Shown piece after piece: positions 1-8,676 of a stretch of DNA of 49,158 nucleotides. The DNA comes from Candidatus Micrarchaeota archaeon. Its GTDB lineage: Archaea > Micrarchaeota > Micrarchaeia > Micrarchaeales > Micrarchaeaceae. Under the pieces are notes generated by a model, which saw only the letters and a program-made list of their open reading frames with translations, had not been told where the DNA came from and made no database searches. Both the position numbers and the translations under genes were made by a program. The first letter of the stretch is position 1; each line of letters starts with the position of its first letter. The DNA is taken from positions 1-49,158 of the forward strand of contig JAJZWO010000001.1 in the NCBI GenBank assembly GCA_021846635.1, written 5' to 3'.

Positions 1-1
1 C

Positions 2-961
2 GAAGACACTATGATAATACTGACAAAGGGCAACTATGCAAAGCGCATGGATCCACGGCTGTATCGCCAGCAGGAACGCGGAGGCAGGGGCGTGATAGCG
101 ATAAACCTCAAGGAAAGCGACATGGTCAAGCAGATGATGCAGTGCCGTACCAAGGACCTGCTTATACTGTTCACAGACCGCGGCAGGGCGTATTGGTGCA
201 AGGCATACAGCCTGCCGCAGGGAGACAGATATTCCTCAGGCAAGCCCCTGGTCAATGTGATTGAAGGCCTCGGCCAGGAAAAGGTTGAAAAGATACTCAA
301 GGCAAGCGACATAGAAAACAGGTTTATAGTATTTCTCACAAAGAACGGCCTAATTAAGCGCGTCCGCGGTGCAAAATTCATGAACCAACGGTCCACAGGG
401 GTCAAAGCTATACCGCTTAATGAATCGGATTCGATATCGGATATATGCGTATCTGATGGAAAATCAGAAATATTCATATCAACTAAAAAGGGCAAGTCGA
501 TAAGATTCATGGAGACTGACGTAAGGCCCATGTCAAGAGCCGCGCACGGCGTAAGAGGCATCCGCCTAAAGAAAGATGACTCTGCAGTCAGCATCATAGC
601 AGCCGCTTCTACTGATGGGGATATGATACTGTCGGTGAGCAGCGACGGTTACGGCAAGATAACAGAATTGGGACGCTACAGGCTTCAGAAGCGCGGCGGC
701 TCCGGTGTACTAAACATGAAGTTGAAGAGCACAGGCAGCCAAATCGTAAAATCAGTAAAGGCTGGGCCGGAATCTGTTGCAACGCTTCTGAGCTCTGACG
801 GTATATCTATACAATTCAGCATAAAATCTGTAAGGGTCACTGGAAGGGCAGCCTCTGGAGTAAGGCTCATGAGGCTTACAAGCCCTGCTACCGTCGTTGA
901 CGTCCAGTGTTCCGACCTGCCTGTTTCCAACGAGGCAGCGCAGAACCAAGAACCTATATAG
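2..961 (+). CDS. gyrA: DNA gyrase subunit A, C-terminal beta-pinwheel domain (5' end cut by window edge)
   Basis: The frame is open from base 2. A GyrA-box-like QERGGRG lies near the start. About five blade repeats follow (GVIAINL..D, GVKAIPL..D, GVRGIRL..D, GVLNMKL, GVRLMRL). Confidence 0.8.
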   Translation, partial: EDTMIILTKGNYAKRMDPRLYRQQERGGRGVIAINLKESDMVKQMMQCRTKDLLILFTDRGRAYWCKAYSLPQGDRYSSGKPLVNVIEGLGQEKVEKILKASDIENRFIVFLTKNGLIKRVRGAKFMNQRSTGVKAIPLNESDSISDICVSDGKSEIFISTKKGKSIRFMETDVRPMSRAAHGVRGIRLKKDDSAVSIIAAASTDGDMILSVSSDGYGKITELGRYRLQKRGGSGVLNMKLKSTGSQIVKSVKAGPESVATLLSSDGISIQFSIKSVRVTGRAASGVRLMRLTSPATVVDVQCSDLPVSNEAAQNQEPI

Positions 962-989
962 ATTTTTCCATGGCATTTGAATTGGTTGG

Positions 990-1505
990 ATGATAATAGT
1001 ACTGGCCATAGGGAAACCCAAATACGAGAGCATGGTTGATATCTGCCTTACTGCGCGCGCCTTCGGGGCTTCCTCCGTAGTGCTGACCTCATCCTCCAAT
1101 GAAATGAACTCCAAGCTCAAGCGTTTCTGCTATTCCGTGTCGAACAAATGGGGCGGCAGTTTCTCAGTCCAATTCATTTCGAATTGGAAAAGCTACATCA
1201 GCTCAAAGACCAACTACAAGACCGTATATCTCACCAGATACGGAATTCCAATCCAAAAGCAACAATACTCTATACGCTCATACAAGAATATCCTTCTTAT
1301 AATCTCTACGGACAAGGAAAGGCCTGAGCTGAACAAAACATCCGATTTTAACATAAGCATAACTGTCCAGCCCCACTCATCAATAGCTGCAATGGCAATA
1401 TTCCTTAATATGTATTATGCAGGGCGGGAGCTTTCCCTGAATTTCAGCAAGGCACAGTACAAGGTTGTCCCAAGCCAGCACGACTCTATACTAAAGGAGC
1501 GCTAA
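990..1505 (+). CDS. tRNA (cytidine56-2'-O)-methyltransferase aTrm56 (SPOUT family)
   Basis: ATG start, 171 aa. The N-terminus MIIVLAIGKP...CLTARAFGASSVVL resembles the aTrm56 consensus (MIvVLRLGHR...ALTARAFGA). The size fits the family. Confidence 0.6.
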   Translation: MIIVLAIGKPKYESMVDICLTARAFGASSVVLTSSSNEMNSKLKRFCYSVSNKWGGSFSVQFISNWKSYISSKTNYKTVYLTRYGIPIQKQQYSIRSYKNILLIISTDKERPELNKTSDFNISITVQPHSSIAAMAIFLNMYYAGRELSLNFSKAQYKVVPSQHDSILKER

Positions 1506-4234
1506 ATCGACCAGTATCTCCTGTTCTTAATGAACTGCCTCTGTGTTTCCAAAACCTCAAGGTAGAATGATTTGTCTGTCGTTTTAAGCATCCTGAGTAC
1601 ACGTGCGGCGCCTGCCTTTCCAATGCCGTATGTCTCAAGAGTGAAAGCTGCCCTCCACCCAAATTCACTCACCAGACTGGCAACAGCCATCATATCGACA
1701 AGCCTGCGCTTCTCTGATGCAGAAAGCCTTCTTCCGGCAGACCTCTTTTTTATTATATCTGCATCACCTTCCTGCGCTAAGCTTAGCATTGGACTGCCGC
1801 AGCTAGGACATTTTAACTTCGTGTGTGTATCTTTTAGTTCAGATACCTTTCTTGTGAAGACAAAGCCGCAGTACGTGCATATCATGTCCGCGCTCTTGTG
1901 CATCACGTACTCTGCAAAAGACGCCACTATCTCATCATCAGGTGCAACAGGGAGCATGAGCTCGCTTGAGTAATATGCAGAATTTATTACGTTGTCTGCC
2001 AGCGGGCTTAGGGAATGTCCGTTTATGTCCTTGAACTTAATCTCGCCAGAACCAACCCGTTCAACGAAACTCTTCAACGTGGGAAGATCGAAATAATTGT
2101 TCATGAGCTCCCTGACAGTCTCATTGTAAACAGGCGTTCCTCTGAATATGTGCATCAGCCTTCTCGCCATGCTTTTCCCTACATTTGCGTCCTTGTCAAG
2201 CACTCCGAAAAACTTTGCTATTGCGGAAAATCTGTAAAGGAAAAGTTCGCTTCTCTCTATTGCATTAAGCAGCGTCGTCTCAAGCATGTCTGGCTTAAGC
2301 AATCTTATTATGCTGGCAATGTCGAATCCTGGTGGCAATTCAAAAAGCACCATATACGGAGAAGCCCGCGAATTTATACTGTGGCCAAGTTTTGCTGCTG
2401 CAAAATACGATATTATCCTACCGAGCGCTTCGTTAGCGAGAGTTCCAAGTCTCACGTGTAATACTGTATACTCTCCAACGTTTTCTATATATGCAGTATT
2501 CTCATCCAACGCAAAAGCCCTATTTTGCGCATCTATGAAGGAGGACACCGGCGCAATCTTTCCGGTAAACATTCCGCGGTCCAACTCTTTACCAGAAAAA
2601 AGCTTGTATACCCTCCCGGCAACCTTCCTGTCGACTGGTATGTCCTCCCCACTCCAATCAGGCACGGCGGCATCGCTGTCGGACGACGGCTCGGCATTGA
2701 TTGTGTCCTCTTCTATGCTTAGTACCTTCCACGGCAAGCCTTTTGTAATAAACGTTACTCCCTCATCAAGATAGCTTGTGACAAACTGTTCGTCGAGGAA
2801 TGATACTATCCTGTTGTCTATTACGCTTCTTACATTGAATTTTTTCTTGTCTGATATGAAACTCAGGTGGTCATAATAGAACATTCGCGTCATGGGCGTT
2901 GCACTTACGTATTCCGAGTCCTTTACAATGAGCCTTCTACTTACCATGAAATCTATCAGTTCCCCAATGTTTTTGCTTACAGCATCAAATATGTTTGATC
3001 TTCCAATTATCCTCGATATGTCCCCAACTGTGGATCTGCCTCCGGAGTCTAAAACAATGCCGCATACCTGCTGCATCATTACGTCAAGCGCGTTTTTCTG
3101 TGGGCTGAAGCTCTCAAAATCATATCCTTTAAGATTGTTTATTATTGATACGGATTCTACTGCTTCAAGAGGATTAGCCGGAATTATGACACCTTCCGCG
3201 GTTAGGAGTTCTCCATGGCCGCTTCTGCCCACCCTCTGCATCAGGCGTATTGCCTGTCTTGGGGACCCGTATTGCACTACCAGATCAATGCTGCCTATGT
3301 CTATTCCAAGCTCCAAAGAACTCGTGGCAACGACGCCCTTGACTTTTCCACTTTTGAAGTCTTCCTCCAGCCTTATGCGTTCTTCCTTATTTAAAGAACC
3401 GTGGTGCACCCCAATACCGCCAAGACTGTGATCCTTGTCCAACTCCTTAAGTTTGCTCCCAAGAGCCTCTACAACATGCCTTGTGTTTCCAAAGATGAGC
3501 ACGGACTTGTGCTTCATTATGTACTCTGCAAGTATCTCCATCTTTCCATTAGACCCGATCGCGTCCTTCTCCTTGGTATCCGCCAGCGATCTTACATCTA
3601 TCTTTATATCTACGCTCTTTCTTGAGCTGTTTTCTATCTGCTCGCATCCCTTAGTTCCTGAAAAGAATGACATTATGGCTTCAGCATTCCCTACTGTGGC
3701 ACTCAAGGCTATCCTCTGATATCCTGGAGAAATTTCCTCAAGCCTCTCCAGCGCGATTGAGAGCTGGGCACCACGTTTGTTATGGTACAGCTCATGAGCT
3801 TCATCTATAACAACTGCTGCCAGGTTTTTCATTTGAGATCTCATGGATTTTGCTGGCAGTATGCTCTGTAGCGTTTCAGGGGTTGTAACTAACAGCTCTG
3901 GTGCCTTCCTGGCCTGGCGTGCTCTCTCAGAAGGGCTTGTATCGCCATGTCTTGCGCCCGCCCTGAATCCCAGTGTGCCAGCTATATCCTCAAGCCTGCG
4001 TACAATATCCCTATTTAAGGACCTCAGAGGGGTTACGTATAGTATACGGATTCCACTACCCTCTGTTTCTGAAATTCTCTTGAATAACGGCAAAACTGCA
4101 GCTTCTGTTTTTCCAGACCCTGTAGGCGCTGTTATGAGGAAATTGCCTCCAGCTTCAAGTTTTTCAAAACTCAATTTTTGTATGGCCGTAAGTTTGCCAT
4201 GTTTTTCAATAAATCTAGAATATACTTTTTCCAT
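1502..4234 (-). CDS. lhr: Lhr-type ATP-dependent DEAD/DEAH-box helicase with C-terminal zinc ribbon
   Basis: 910 aa. Walker A is APTGSGKTE and the DEAH box is VIDEAHEL. SAT and helicase-C motifs (VATSSLELGIDIG, QRVGRSGH) are present. A long Lhr-like C-terminal region carries CTYCG...CPSCG. Confidence 0.8.
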   Translation of the reverse strand: MEKVYSRFIEKHGKLTAIQKLSFEKLEAGGNFLITAPTGSGKTEAAVLPLFKRISETEGSGIRILYVTPLRSLNRDIVRRLEDIAGTLGFRAGARHGDTSPSERARQARKAPELLVTTPETLQSILPAKSMRSQMKNLAAVVIDEAHELYHNKRGAQLSIALERLEEISPGYQRIALSATVGNAEAIMSFFSGTKGCEQIENSSRKSVDIKIDVRSLADTKEKDAIGSNGKMEILAEYIMKHKSVLIFGNTRHVVEALGSKLKELDKDHSLGGIGVHHGSLNKEERIRLEEDFKSGKVKGVVATSSLELGIDIGSIDLVVQYGSPRQAIRLMQRVGRSGHGELLTAEGVIIPANPLEAVESVSIINNLKGYDFESFSPQKNALDVMMQQVCGIVLDSGGRSTVGDISRIIGRSNIFDAVSKNIGELIDFMVSRRLIVKDSEYVSATPMTRMFYYDHLSFISDKKKFNVRSVIDNRIVSFLDEQFVTSYLDEGVTFITKGLPWKVLSIEEDTINAEPSSDSDAAVPDWSGEDIPVDRKVAGRVYKLFSGKELDRGMFTGKIAPVSSFIDAQNRAFALDENTAYIENVGEYTVLHVRLGTLANEALGRIISYFAAAKLGHSINSRASPYMVLFELPPGFDIASIIRLLKPDMLETTLLNAIERSELFLYRFSAIAKFFGVLDKDANVGKSMARRLMHIFRGTPVYNETVRELMNNYFDLPTLKSFVERVGSGEIKFKDINGHSLSPLADNVINSAYYSSELMLPVAPDDEIVASFAEYVMHKSADMICTYCGFVFTRKVSELKDTHTKLKCPSCGSPMLSLAQEGDADIIKKRSAGRRLSASEKRRLVDMMAVASLVSEFGWRAAFTLETYGIGKAGAARVLRMLKTTDKSFYLEVLETQRQFIKNRRYWSI

Positions 4235-4242
4235 AATGCTGC

Positions 4243-6246
4243 CTATTTCCTGAAGAGCCTCAAGCCTACAAAATACGATGCAATTACTATAAGTACTCCA
4301 ATTACAACCGCAATATAGAGAATACTGCTGGGCACACTCACATAAATGTTATTGCCTGCCGAGTCATTGAAGGCGAAATACATTCCGTCATGTTGTATTG
4401 TGCCCTCAACAAATCCGAAGGGAACATTTTTCAGCCCAAGCTCCCCAGATTCGTTCAGCGGAACTGTGATGCGCGTTCCATTACTAAATGTCAAGTCAGC
4501 TATTCCGGTTGCCGGAGTTCCGAAGTAGCTCCTAACATAGATGGAAATGTTGTAAACAGGAAGATCGAAGTAGAACTCCCCGCTTCCTGTAACGTTGATT
4601 GTACTGGAAATGCTTAGTTTCGAATTCTTGTATAGCGCGTAATCCACACGGTGCTTACCAAATGTGAGATAAGGGCTTGTGTTGTAAAACTTATTATCAA
4701 TTTCAAAGCCTGTTACGTTTATCTCTGAACCATATCCGTCAAGCGCTTCAAGTTTGATTCTGTACGCCCTTTCGAAAATAGCATGCAGATTAACTGGGCG
4801 GGTAACATTGAGTCGCACATTACTTGTATAATACACGCCGCTCCATGAAATGAACTTATAAACATCGTTTCCTGCATGGTAATATTGCGGGGCAGATATG
4901 TTCGCCACAGCACCAGCAGAGTACCAACCAGACCCGCTTGAATTTCCATATTCGCTTGTAACGTTCACAAGGTACTGTGAGCCCCAGTTGGCGCTTTCGT
5001 CAATTGGACCATCAACCCTTAGACTAAAGCTGGTGTCGTTTCCAGTATACGATCCACTCCCTTTTCCCGTCCATCCTAATAACACCTCCCTTTCTGTCCT
5101 GTTTATGTATATGTATGGTTTGTACGATATGTTCGCCACAGCACCAGCAGAGTACCAACCAGACCCGCTTGAATTTCCATATTCGCTTGTAACGTTCACA
5201 AGGTACTGCACTCCCCATTCCGCTGTCTCGCTCACATTGCCGTAAATTTCTAAATTAAAGCTGGTGTCGTTTCCAGTATACGATCCACTCCCCTCTCCAG
5301 ACCATCCCAGGAATATGGCCCTTGCTGTATCGTTTATGTAAAAAATTTCTGGTGCAGATATTACGATTTTAGAAAATAATGTATACGCGTTGTGCGAGGT
5401 AAGGTTTGCATATCTAGAATTTATTGATACTGTGGCAGATTTATTCCAAAGCAAGCCCTGTGTGTTTGGTATCCCGGACCCCACTCTAAAATAATCAGCA
5501 TATGGTGCAACCTCGCTTATATTGTATGGGTTGCTTAGCGTAGTTGCACTTCCCTTTCCATATCCCTTATAAGAATAAGCCTTTGCAACATCCGAAAAGG
5601 AACCATTCTTTAGTACTCTTAAATCCTTAAATGCGACTGGGATCATATATGATTTGTTATCAAAAGCACCGGCATATTCACCAAAAGCAGTAACCGGATT
5701 CGCCCCAGACGTTCCTGTACCTAATTTAATCTTACCTATGACATTTCCATTAAATAGGAAATACCATTCGTTCCCTTCCGAATAAAATGTGTAGTTATTG
5801 TAGCTTCCGTTTTGTCCGGCAGAATCATTTGTTCCTATAAATCCAAGGAAAGAGTCGCCCGAGTAACCGCTCGGAAAGTACTCCCAAAACCACGCAGGGA
5901 CTCCTCTTGAAAGGTATACTCTGGCGCTGCACCCCGAAAGCGTGCAGTCGGTAGGGTAATATCCGCTTCTATTATTCATCTCATAGCCCTCCTGCACGAA
6001 TGCACCATTGGATAAATCTTCTCCTACCCAAAAAGCCATGGACCCATAGCTTATGTTTTGTGGATAAACGGTTTGTATATAAACGCTGGTACCGTTGTTG
6101 AACGCAGCAGAATTGGCGGCTCTTGCTCCTGTCTGAAACCAATAACTCCGGCTGCTTTGCGACACCGATATTGGCGCTACAACAAGCAGGAACAGAATGG
6201 CGATTCCAAGCATTTCAAGCTTTTTCATACTCCATACCCATCTCAT
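4243..6246 (-). CDS. Secreted, C-terminally membrane-anchored, heavily N-glycosylation-sequon-rich surface protein
   Basis: The N-terminal signal peptide is MKKLEMLGIAILFLLVVAPISVSQS. A start at 6228 or 6213 would shorten or remove the overlap with the upstream gene. About 30 N-x-S/T sequons. Tandem 77-aa repeats contain SGSGWYSAGAVANIS and F/LGWxG motifs (archaeal/InlB-B-like surface repeats). A C-terminal TM helix is followed by RLFRK. Confidence 0.7.
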   Translation of the reverse strand: MRWVWSMKKLEMLGIAILFLLVVAPISVSQSSRSYWFQTGARAANSAAFNNGTSVYIQTVYPQNISYGSMAFWVGEDLSNGAFVQEGYEMNNRSGYYPTDCTLSGCSARVYLSRGVPAWFWEYFPSGYSGDSFLGFIGTNDSAGQNGSYNNYTFYSEGNEWYFLFNGNVIGKIKLGTGTSGANPVTAFGEYAGAFDNKSYMIPVAFKDLRVLKNGSFSDVAKAYSYKGYGKGSATTLSNPYNISEVAPYADYFRVGSGIPNTQGLLWNKSATVSINSRYANLTSHNAYTLFSKIVISAPEIFYINDTARAIFLGWSGEGSGSYTGNDTSFNLEIYGNVSETAEWGVQYLVNVTSEYGNSSGSGWYSAGAVANISYKPYIYINRTEREVLLGWTGKGSGSYTGNDTSFSLRVDGPIDESANWGSQYLVNVTSEYGNSSGSGWYSAGAVANISAPQYYHAGNDVYKFISWSGVYYTSNVRLNVTRPVNLHAIFERAYRIKLEALDGYGSEINVTGFEIDNKFYNTSPYLTFGKHRVDYALYKNSKLSISSTINVTGSGEFYFDLPVYNISIYVRSYFGTPATGIADLTFSNGTRITVPLNESGELGLKNVPFGFVEGTIQHDGMYFAFNDSAGNNIYVSVPSSILYIAVVIGVLIVIASYFVGLRLFRK
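4895..5292. repeat. Intragenic tandem duplication with 231-nt period, containing perfectly identical 83-nt and 37-nt blocks
   Basis: 4895-4977 is identical to 5126-5208 (83 nt). 5025-5061 is identical to 5256-5292 (37 nt). The sequence between the blocks has diverged. The offset is exactly 231 nt (77 codons). Confidence 0.9.
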
Positions 6247-7006
6247 TTAGCTTTTTTATAATTGAGTTCCTTGCCTCTGCATTTATGCTTTTCCATTCTA
6301 TAACCGCTGCCGAAGGCTTTGGGAATGACCTTTGAAATGCCTGCTCCAGCATTTCTACTTCGGAGCAATAGTATTTTGGCATTATATGCGCAAATGCGTA
6401 CCCCTTCGAAAGCGCCAGCCGCGTGAATTTCTCAGAATAATGCTGCCCTCCTATTCCCACGACAACCTTTTCATGGTAATCGTCAGCATCAAGAATCCTA
6501 TACGCGTAATCGGCCAGCATTTCGGCTTTGTTCTTCTTCATTTTTGCACTCTCCCCTCCTCCAAATTCCACGAACAGCGAAGGCGTATTCAACAAAGGTC
6601 CGTGATGCGTCGCCTCGTAGACAAAGTTTGACCCTCCTCTTTCCGAATTACCTATTATCCTTGCAAGTTTTAGCATGTGCAACGGAGCTGCCACGCTCAG
6701 TGATCTGCCTTTGCCCCCCAACGAAGCCTCGCTTATCCAATTTCCCTCTGCGTGGACTGTGAACGATTCAACGCCCTTCGCACTCGAGTGTGCACTCAAG
6801 AAAATTATACACTCTACGTTTTTCATATCGTCGAGGAATTCTGAGCCTATGTTACTCATCTTGTTTTCCGCAAGCAAGCTTCTTTTTGAAACGTATGTCA
6901 GTGCCTCTTCAAAACGCTCTCCGGCCGAAAAGTCGCCCATCTTTTTTAATGCTTCTCCTGCCCAAAGGGATACCTGGTCTTTCTGAGAGTATGCAAAAAG
7001 AATCAT
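6215..7006 (-). CDS. dtdA: D-aminoacyl-tRNA deacylase, archaeal DTD2 type
   Basis: 263 aa. It aligns along its length with my recollection of Pyrococcus DTD2: SAHSS, HAEGNW, YEATHHGP, GIGGQHY, AFAHIMPKY. Confidence 0.8.
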   Translation of the reverse strand: MILFAYSQKDQVSLWAGEALKKMGDFSAGERFEEALTYVSKRSLLAENKMSNIGSEFLDDMKNVECIIFLSAHSSAKGVESFTVHAEGNWISEASLGGKGRSLSVAAPLHMLKLARIIGNSERGGSNFVYEATHHGPLLNTPSLFVEFGGGESAKMKKNKAEMLADYAYRILDADDYHEKVVVGIGGQHYSEKFTRLALSKGYAFAHIMPKYYCSEVEMLEQAFQRSFPKPSAAVIEWKSINAEARNSIIKKLNEMGMEYEKA

Positions 7007-7043
7007 AAAGTAATTTATATCAAAAGATTAAAAAAAATGTATA

Positions 7044-7337
7044 ATGCGGAACTTTACAAGGAAGTACGAAGACTTCACCTGTTTAAACTGTGGCGCAAAA
7101 GTAAAGGGCAATGGCTACACCGACCACTGTCCAGTATGCCTGTACAGTCTGCATGTGGACATAAATCCTGGAGACAGGCAGTCCGAATGCATGGGCGTAA
7201 TGTTGCCCGTACGCAGGATATACATGCGCACCTATACTGAACTTGTATATCGGTGCAGGAAATGCCTCATCGAAAAGAAAGTCAGGTGCTCACAAGAAGA
7301 TTCAGAAAGCGCCATAATTTCTGTTCCTTCAAGGTAA
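7044..7337 (+). CDS. RNHCP-domain zinc-binding protein (uncharacterised family)
   Basis: 97 aa. The pattern F-x-C-x2-C-G...G-Y-T-D-H-C-P-x-C-L-x-S-x-H-V-D-x2-P-G-D-R...C-x-G-x-M-x-P matches the RNHCP domain layout, with TDHCP in place of RNHCP. Confidence 0.55.
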   Translation: MRNFTRKYEDFTCLNCGAKVKGNGYTDHCPVCLYSLHVDINPGDRQSECMGVMLPVRRIYMRTYTELVYRCRKCLIEKKVRCSQEDSESAIISVPSR

Positions 7338-7386
7338 TGCAGCAACAGTATATAAGTTTTTATTCTTATTAATAATTGGTCAGTCG

Positions 7387-7743
7387 ATGCTCTATGATTA
7401 TATCGCAGCAGCGCTGTTCATACTATTCGGTCTATTCGTGCCTTTCTCCTTTCTTCTTACTTCAAAGCTCTTGCGTGTAAAAACTTCTGGCAATCTTGTA
7501 AAGAATTCACCGTACGAAAGCGGAGAAAAGAGCATAGGCAGCAGCAGGGATCTCGACAACGAATATCTTCCATATTTCGCACTTTTCCTCCCATTTGAGA
7601 TAATTGCAGTATACATAATTTTCTGGGCCCCTACGGCACGAATAGGCTCCCAGAGCTCGGCTCTTGGATCAATGGGGATTCTTGTTCTAAGCGCCACCCT
7701 GGCTCTTATAGGGTATAAAATTATAAGTGGTAAGAATGTCTGA
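7387..7743 (+). CDS. nuoA: NADH-quinone oxidoreductase subunit A
   Basis: 118 aa with three TM segments and a PYESGE motif. It sits directly upstream of nuoB. Confidence 0.8.
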   Translation: MLYDYIAAALFILFGLFVPFSFLLTSKLLRVKTSGNLVKNSPYESGEKSIGSSRDLDNEYLPYFALFLPFEIIAVYIIFWAPTARIGSQSSALGSMGILVLSATLALIGYKIISGKNV

Positions 7744-8350
7744 ACGCCCATATACAGACGAGGAGTTATTCAATGCGGAGAAGGAGATGACAGAGATAAC
7801 GCAAAACTCACTCAAGAAGTACAAGCAGACACCCAGCGTCATGTTCACAAAGCTGGAAGATGCCATAAAGGCGTTCTCAAAGGATCTGGTGCGCTGGAGC
7901 AGGGCAAATTCCATGTGGCCTCTGCAATTCGGGCTTGCATGCTGTGCTATGGAACTAATGGATTTTGGGTCATCACGGATAGACGCTGAGAGGAAAGGCT
8001 ATCTTCTCTTCCGTGGAACCCCGCGGCAGTGCGATGTAATGATAGTTGCAGGGTGGGTAACAAAGTCAATGGTCCCACGTGTAAAAAGGCTCTATGAGCA
8101 GATGGCAAGCCCAAAATATGTGGTTGCATTCGGAGAATGCGCCACTTCTGGAGGCCCATGGTATGAAAGCTACAACATAATGAAAGGGATAGACCAGGTG
8201 CTCCCAGTTGACGTCTATGCGATAGGCTGCCCTCCAAAGCCCGAAAACCTTTTTGGGGCCCTTATGAAGCTGCAGGACAAAGTAGGTGGTAAAGTTGCAG
8301 GAGATACAGAAAGAAGCCTTACTGAAAACATTAGAAGAGCTGAAATCTAA
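7736..8350 (+). CDS. nuoB: NADH-quinone oxidoreductase subunit B (N2 cluster subunit)
   Basis: Motifs FGLACCAMELM, FGECATSGG and GCPPKPE supply the four N2 cysteines. The ATG at 7736 overlaps the nuoA stop (ATGTCTGA). The ORF track begins at a GTG at 7727. Confidence 0.9.
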   Translation: MSERPYTDEELFNAEKEMTEITQNSLKKYKQTPSVMFTKLEDAIKAFSKDLVRWSRANSMWPLQFGLACCAMELMDFGSSRIDAERKGYLLFRGTPRQCDVMIVAGWVTKSMVPRVKRLYEQMASPKYVVAFGECATSGGPWYESYNIMKGIDQVLPVDVYAIGCPPKPENLFGALMKLQDKVGGKVAGDTERSLTENIRRAEI

Positions 8351-8672
8351 AGGTTATGGCTATCTTAAGTACATAACCGCAGTGGACGCTCCTGACCACA
8401 TGGAAGTAGTGTATTTGCTTGCCAACATTGAATCGAATGCGGATGAGATTGTTAAGGTTTCCATCAAAAAATCTGGCAGCGAAATGCCATCAGTCGAATC
8501 AGTGATGCATCTTTTCCCTGCAGCTGACTGGTACGAGCGCGAGATATCGGAAATGTTTGGCATAAAGATAGAGGGCAGAAAAACGCGCCGCCTTCTTTTG
8601 GAGGAATGGAACGGCGATGGATTTCCGCTTTTGAAAAGCTTCGAATGGGGCAAGGAGTACCACAAACGGTGA
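8286..8672 (+). CDS. nuoC: NADH-quinone oxidoreductase subunit C (short form)
   Basis: 128 aa. ADWYEREISEMFGIKIEG matches the NuoC signature. The GTG start at 8286 overlaps the nuoB 3' end by 65 nt, and a TTG at 8295 is the only other nearby start. Confidence 0.75.
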   Translation: MVKLQEIQKEALLKTLEELKSKGYGYLKYITAVDAPDHMEVVYLLANIESNADEIVKVSIKKSGSEMPSVESVMHLFPAADWYEREISEMFGIKIEGRKTRRLLLEEWNGDGFPLLKSFEWGKEYHKR

Positions 8673-8676
8673 AACC

